64,000 bases of DNA, from assembly GCA_905178155.1 (NCBI GenBank), contig CAJINV010000015.1, forward strand, positions 333,309-397,308, given 5' to 3'. A model generated the notes under the pieces. The model was not told where the DNA came from, ran no database searches, and saw only the letters and a program-made list of their open reading frames with translations. The DNA comes from Amoebophrya sp. A120 (lineage: Eukaryota > Protista > Dinoflagellata). Below are positions 59,588 to 64,000 of the stretch, piece by piece; the stretch's first letter is position 1, and each line of letters begins with the position of its first letter. The position numbers and the translations under genes are program-made.

Positions 59588-62500
59588 TTACCGACACTGG
59601 TACTCCTTATCCGCGACGCCCGGCCATGGCACCCCTGGAACCTCCTCGTAACGGTTATCGAATGCAAATGTGTCTGGGTCGTCTGGAAGACCAGTGCGAG
59701 ACGTGTCATGCAGTTTCTGCCAGTCCCGGAAGATCGTCGGGCATGGAAGCCCTAGAATCACAGATAATTTCGAGCAGGTCTCCAAATGTTGGTGTTGCCT
59801 GATGCGCATGACAAATCCCCTCTTTCGGTATACAGAACAAATGGAGCCTTTTGCTGGCCATGCATGGCAGATTTTATCATGATGTAGAATTCGCATCACA
59901 AATTGCGATCCTTCCAGCCCCAGATCGATATTTGCAATGCATAGCAGTTGGCGGCGAACCACTTCCTTTTCTTCCAGGTTTCCATGTAACTCTGCCCGCC
60001 GAGGTGGCGGCGGATTCCGGACGGTAGCGGCTTGGTGCCGTCGCGGCTCCACCCGCCGCCCGCGCGGCCCGACCAGAGCATTTTTGCCACTGTGAGCTTC
60101 GCGATCTCTGGGTCATTCCCCGGAAGGGAGGACGCGATTTCAGGGTTCGGAAACCATTGCCCTTTTCCGTTGAAGTACAAAAAGGCCGCGTCGCCCGGCC
60201 CCCCCTGGAGCTGCGAACACTCCCACTTTCCCAGCACATCGCCGTTTTTGCGCCGCGCTTGTGGTTGGATAGCCCAATCCGCAGAGTCGAGAAGGCCAGC
60301 AAGATTATTTGAAGACGTCGAACTGCTCGGCGCACTAGTCTGTGCACGGTTTTGATGATCGTTTAAGGCCTGACGCTCCTGTGTAGATGAAGTCTGCCCC
60401 CCGCTTCGAAAGAACGTCCTTCGCTTACCTCCGGCGAGTACTAGTTGGTGCCGCGCGAGGGCCTGCTGCAACACCTCTGGCATTCTTTTCACCTTCGTGG
60501 GGTCTGCCCGGAGTAAGGACATGTAGAGCCCTATCGGTCCCGTGGTATCCCAAGGGGTGTTTCCGTAGCTGTGCAATTCCGCACGGCGGAATAAATGGTA
60601 GATCATGTCCCCGAGGAGTAGGTTTAGAGGTTTCGCCGCCATGAAACCATTTGTCAAGCCTTGTAATGATGAGTCTTGATTCGGCCAATTGGGCAACTGC
60701 TTGATAGCCGGAAACGACTCGAAAAAATTAGGGTCTTTGACCCCAAACGAAAACGAGAACTCTTGGCAGGCAAAGATGAGCCCAATGTCGTCCTTGTTTT
60801 GCATTTTTTCCTCCGCAACGACCGTGCCCGCGACGGGGTCTCTCGTCACTTTTCTTGGGGACCGGAACTTTTCCGTCCCGGAAAACGCCATCTCCAAGAG
60901 CTTGTCCCAGCCGACGGTCGGGCCGACTTTCCAGTCACAGTAGACGCCTCCTTCCCGGTACAGGAATAGCAAGCGGAACAAGTCGGATTTTATCAACTGC
61001 AATTGTGTCTGGGTCTGGAAGAGTGCCAGACTTGTCATGCAGGTTTTTCGTGACCCATGAGGTCTCGTCTGGTATGGAGGACATAGCGTGACAGACTCTG
61101 TACGGCGAGTTCTATCATGCCTACTTATCCTACATGATACACTGCCTCTCGATTAGGTCAAAAGTGGACAGCATTTGGTAATCATGCAACACAGATTTTT
61201 ACGATGAGTGTGATTCAGATTGATTGAGCATGACAAGTTGCTTTGTTCCAGACCCAGACATATTTGCAGTTGATAGATTTCATGGTGTAGATATCGAACG
61301 CGTCGAAAGCCCAGAGCATTTCCTTTTTGTAATGCTCCTGCAGATATTCTCTCGCCGCATTCAGGTTGAAGAACTTCTATCCTGTGTAAAAACATCCCGC
61401 TCACCCCAGAGTTGTCATGCTAAACAAAATGCGACACACTTTGCCCCCCCATTCATTGCACCATGGCCGCAGATGGCTTGATGCGCCGGGCGGGTGGGTC
61501 AGGCGGACACCAAAGTGCCATCACCATCATCTCCCGGCCACTTTTTCTCCCGACCCCAGAGTTATCATGCAGATCTACAAGCACAAGAGCATTTGTAATG
61601 CGCATCTCCATGAGAGGCATTTCCCATGATCGTGTTTTAGAACTTGTGATGGTGCTGTAAACAGGATAAGAAGATGGATTTGCTATGCGGCTTCCCTTGC
61701 TAAATTGTATTACACTACAGCCTGCAACATGATGTCATGCGTGCCTCCCAAAACTTCAAGGTTTGTGTTGCAAAATCCCCATCTTGACTCTGGGGCGGTG
61801 GGGACGTTTTTACAAATGATAGCTTCACTTCAAACTCTTTCCCCGGTCCCGCGTTTAACTTGGCCCACTGCGCAAATCCTTGTGTTAAAGTTGGATCTAT
61901 CCACTGCTGATACTTCAGAAACTCGTCCAAAGTCACATCCTTCTCGTCAAAAAACGCTGTGAGAATCAGAGTTCGCGGAACTTTCGTCTGGACAGGAGGA
62001 GCAATATTTTTTTTGTAGAAATTCCTTTCCACGTCGTCAATCGAGGCTTGGGTCAAAAAACCGTGGTATTTCTCGTGCATCATCCCCACTGGTTCCTTAA
62101 CGTTTTCTATGTCCTCTGTTGGCCACACCCCCGGGCCGTCGTTGTAGTCGATATTCTCGTGGTGTTTCTGCGGGTCCTGTCGTGGAGAGTCGCCATCGCC
62201 ATCGCCACCACCGTCATCGCCACCACCGTCATCGCCACCACCTCCATCGCCACCACCGCTACCGCCATCGCCACCACCCCCGCCGCTAAATGGCCAGACC
62301 ACGTCTCGAAACGAAACGCATTCTCCTTTTCTCGATCTCGTGTACAAAGATTCACTCCAGCCGTCGAACCAGGGAACGAAAATTAAAACGCAAGTACCGC
62401 CTGCGAGGACGAGAAATACGAGGAGAAGAATGAGCACGCACTTTTTCGTGCAGCACTGGCAACAGCCCCCGCGGGAGGAGGTTGTTTCCACATTCTCCAT

Positions 62501-62812
62501 CTCCTGTTCCTGATCTGCACCAGCATCTTCAACGTGTCCCAGTGCGTTCCTCGCACTAGTATCCACTGGTACAACTTCATCTCCCGCACTCAGCAGTAGA
62601 GCCGCATTCTCGTCCCGGGCGGCCGCAGCGGGGTAGTACGTGGAGATCGAGTTTTCATCTCCTGCGGGAACCTCCATTCTAGGTCGTGGATCCGGATCAT
62701 CATAGTGCAGCGAGGAAGGTGGCGGCGATAGCAGTTTTTTTGACGTGTTAACATCAGTCGTTACATGATCATCCCCACGACGGTGATCAGCTGCACGAGG
62801 ACCAGGCACCAT
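59588..62812 (-). CDS. Gene 6: type II membrane glycosyltransferase, GT32/OCH1-like sugar-binding family; 3 introners; start uncertain
   Basis: TM segment CVLILLLVFLVLAGGTCVLIFV; VPRTLILT; joined sequence EVK|LFNLNAAREYLQEHY...IYTMKS|DLFRLLFLYREGGVYCD; TNGFMAAKP; DTTGPIGL; ends AANC|YEEVPG...QCR*. Confidence 0.85.
59656..59943. mobile_element. introner family A, diverged
   Basis: TIR; DR acggt/gcagt; in-frame junction. Confidence 0.85.
60991..61275. mobile_element. introner family A
   Basis: TIR; DR gattt; in-frame junction. Confidence 0.9.
61378..61821. mobile_element. chimeric long introner family E (444 bp)
   Basis: TIR; DR acttc/gcttc; in-frame junction. Confidence 0.85.
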
Positions 62813-64000
62813 GGCGACTTGACGTCGTTCCACCTTTTCGCCGCTCCGTGTTCTGGCGGCTGGTTGTGGTACTGGCACTATGTATAAGTGGTTGCTATCA
62901 AAGGATGATGCGTCGCTTCTAGGTATAAAATTTACTCATTTCCTTATTGTCCGCAAAGTGCACACTATGCAAGAAAAAAACTGTGTAAGTAGGTGTAAGT
63001 TTCTTCGCAGATCGCTGCGAAACCTTGGAAGGAAGAAGATCAGCTCTCACTACGTATCAGTAAACATTGGTGGTTTTACCAGCGTCTCAGTTTCGGTTTC
63101 GAAAAATCAAATCCGGAAAAGAGAAAAGCTCCTGTGCACAAAGTTTATTTTGGTTTTTATTTCCTCCAAAATGTCAATTTGTATTGCCGCTGCCAATTAG
63201 CATCAACAGCGGGGCAGTGATGTCATGATCTCAATTTTTTCAGCAGCTGCGCCAGTACGCGTACTCAGTGAACATTCTGCGCGATTCGTGATCAATTTTC
63301 TACTACTCCCCTCGAAGATGAGTGATCCATTTCTTTTGTAGTGATCCATTAATTTCTATCGTAGTGATCCATTTCTATTCTCAATAGTCTCGAAGTATGA
63401 CTATGAACATTCTGAAGCACTTAGCACCTGTATCCGGAACGGCAACTCTTGACGCATTTCGCTCTTTTGTAGACAGGGACGGAGTAGCAGTAGCGACGCG
63501 CGCTGCTTCCAAATCGGGGCGAACACATGAAGACTGCTCTACTCTACTGAAGCTAGTGTGTGCGAGGCATAAGCCTTGCGCGTTGGAATCTTCGAAAGTA
63601 CAGCGCTATAATTGTGCATCTTGCTACTTCGAGCTGGTTGCGCCTCTGGAAAGTGCAGGAACAGAATGCACACCAGTGAAGCTGCGCTGAACCCTATTCC
63701 AGAACGCGCAAGCAGGCGGAAACCACGTCTCCCCTGCATACGACTGATTTTCTTCGCAACAGCAACAGCACCCTACGTTTGTCGTGTTCACAGCATTTCA
63801 CTCTTCAGAATGCCTCATACGTAGAAAACTTCGGAATCGCTACTACTAATACTACTAGAAAACATAGCGTCATCAAATCAAATCAAATAGTTTTCAAGTC
63901 GCCTAGTGCAACGAACTCGAGATTCTACCCAGGGCTACAAGGGTAATCGCTCGCCAGGGGCACCATCAACAGAAGGAAGATTGGGAATGACACGGGCCAC

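Noticed and set aside
712-61821. Many short ORFs sharing FQTQTFLHLI, CAKVSYS, NPPSPY or FSTVTFSTV peptides, suggesting a protein family
   Set aside because: They are translations of introner TIRs.
62966-63010. Family G-like left end (tatgcaagaaaaaaactgtgt)
   Set aside because: Right end not identifiable; boundaries unsupported.
63320-63375. Three copies of agtgatccatt
   Set aside because: Short local tandem duplication with no evidence of function.
1-64000. tRNA, rRNA or dinoflagellate spliced-leader sequences
   Set aside because: None recognised by eye; not excluded without a covariance-model search.

Overview
Eukaryotic, gene-dense window whose features match the syndinian dinoflagellate parasite Amoebophrya (taxon inferred, not proven). 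Six host genes, all on the minus strand, can be assembled: a large N-anchored unknown protein running off the left edge, a multi-UBA protein, two low-complexity proteins, Sec31 (COPII) and a GT32/OCH1-like glycosyltransferase. About 74 short elements (109-570 bp, about 10 TIR families, letters A-K are my labels) are present, and most interrupt these genes as non-canonical introns (introners). They almost all start TAT, end ATA, carry terminal inverted repeats (TIRs) and are flanked by 5-bp direct repeats (DRs). At every junction I translated, removing the element plus one 5-bp copy restored the reading frame. The window also holds a ~3.9-kb tyrosine-recombinase (YR) element with split direct repeats, a 1.07-kb palindrome, a small basic ORF and no recognisable RT. 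Two large non-coding TAT...ATA TIR elements lie in tandem, each bounded by a TTGCGAC direct repeat. Main hypothesis (inference): a YR-driven family of TAT...ATA elements that ranges from kb-sized elements down to spliceable introners. Coordinates were counted by hand and may be off by 1-2 nt.
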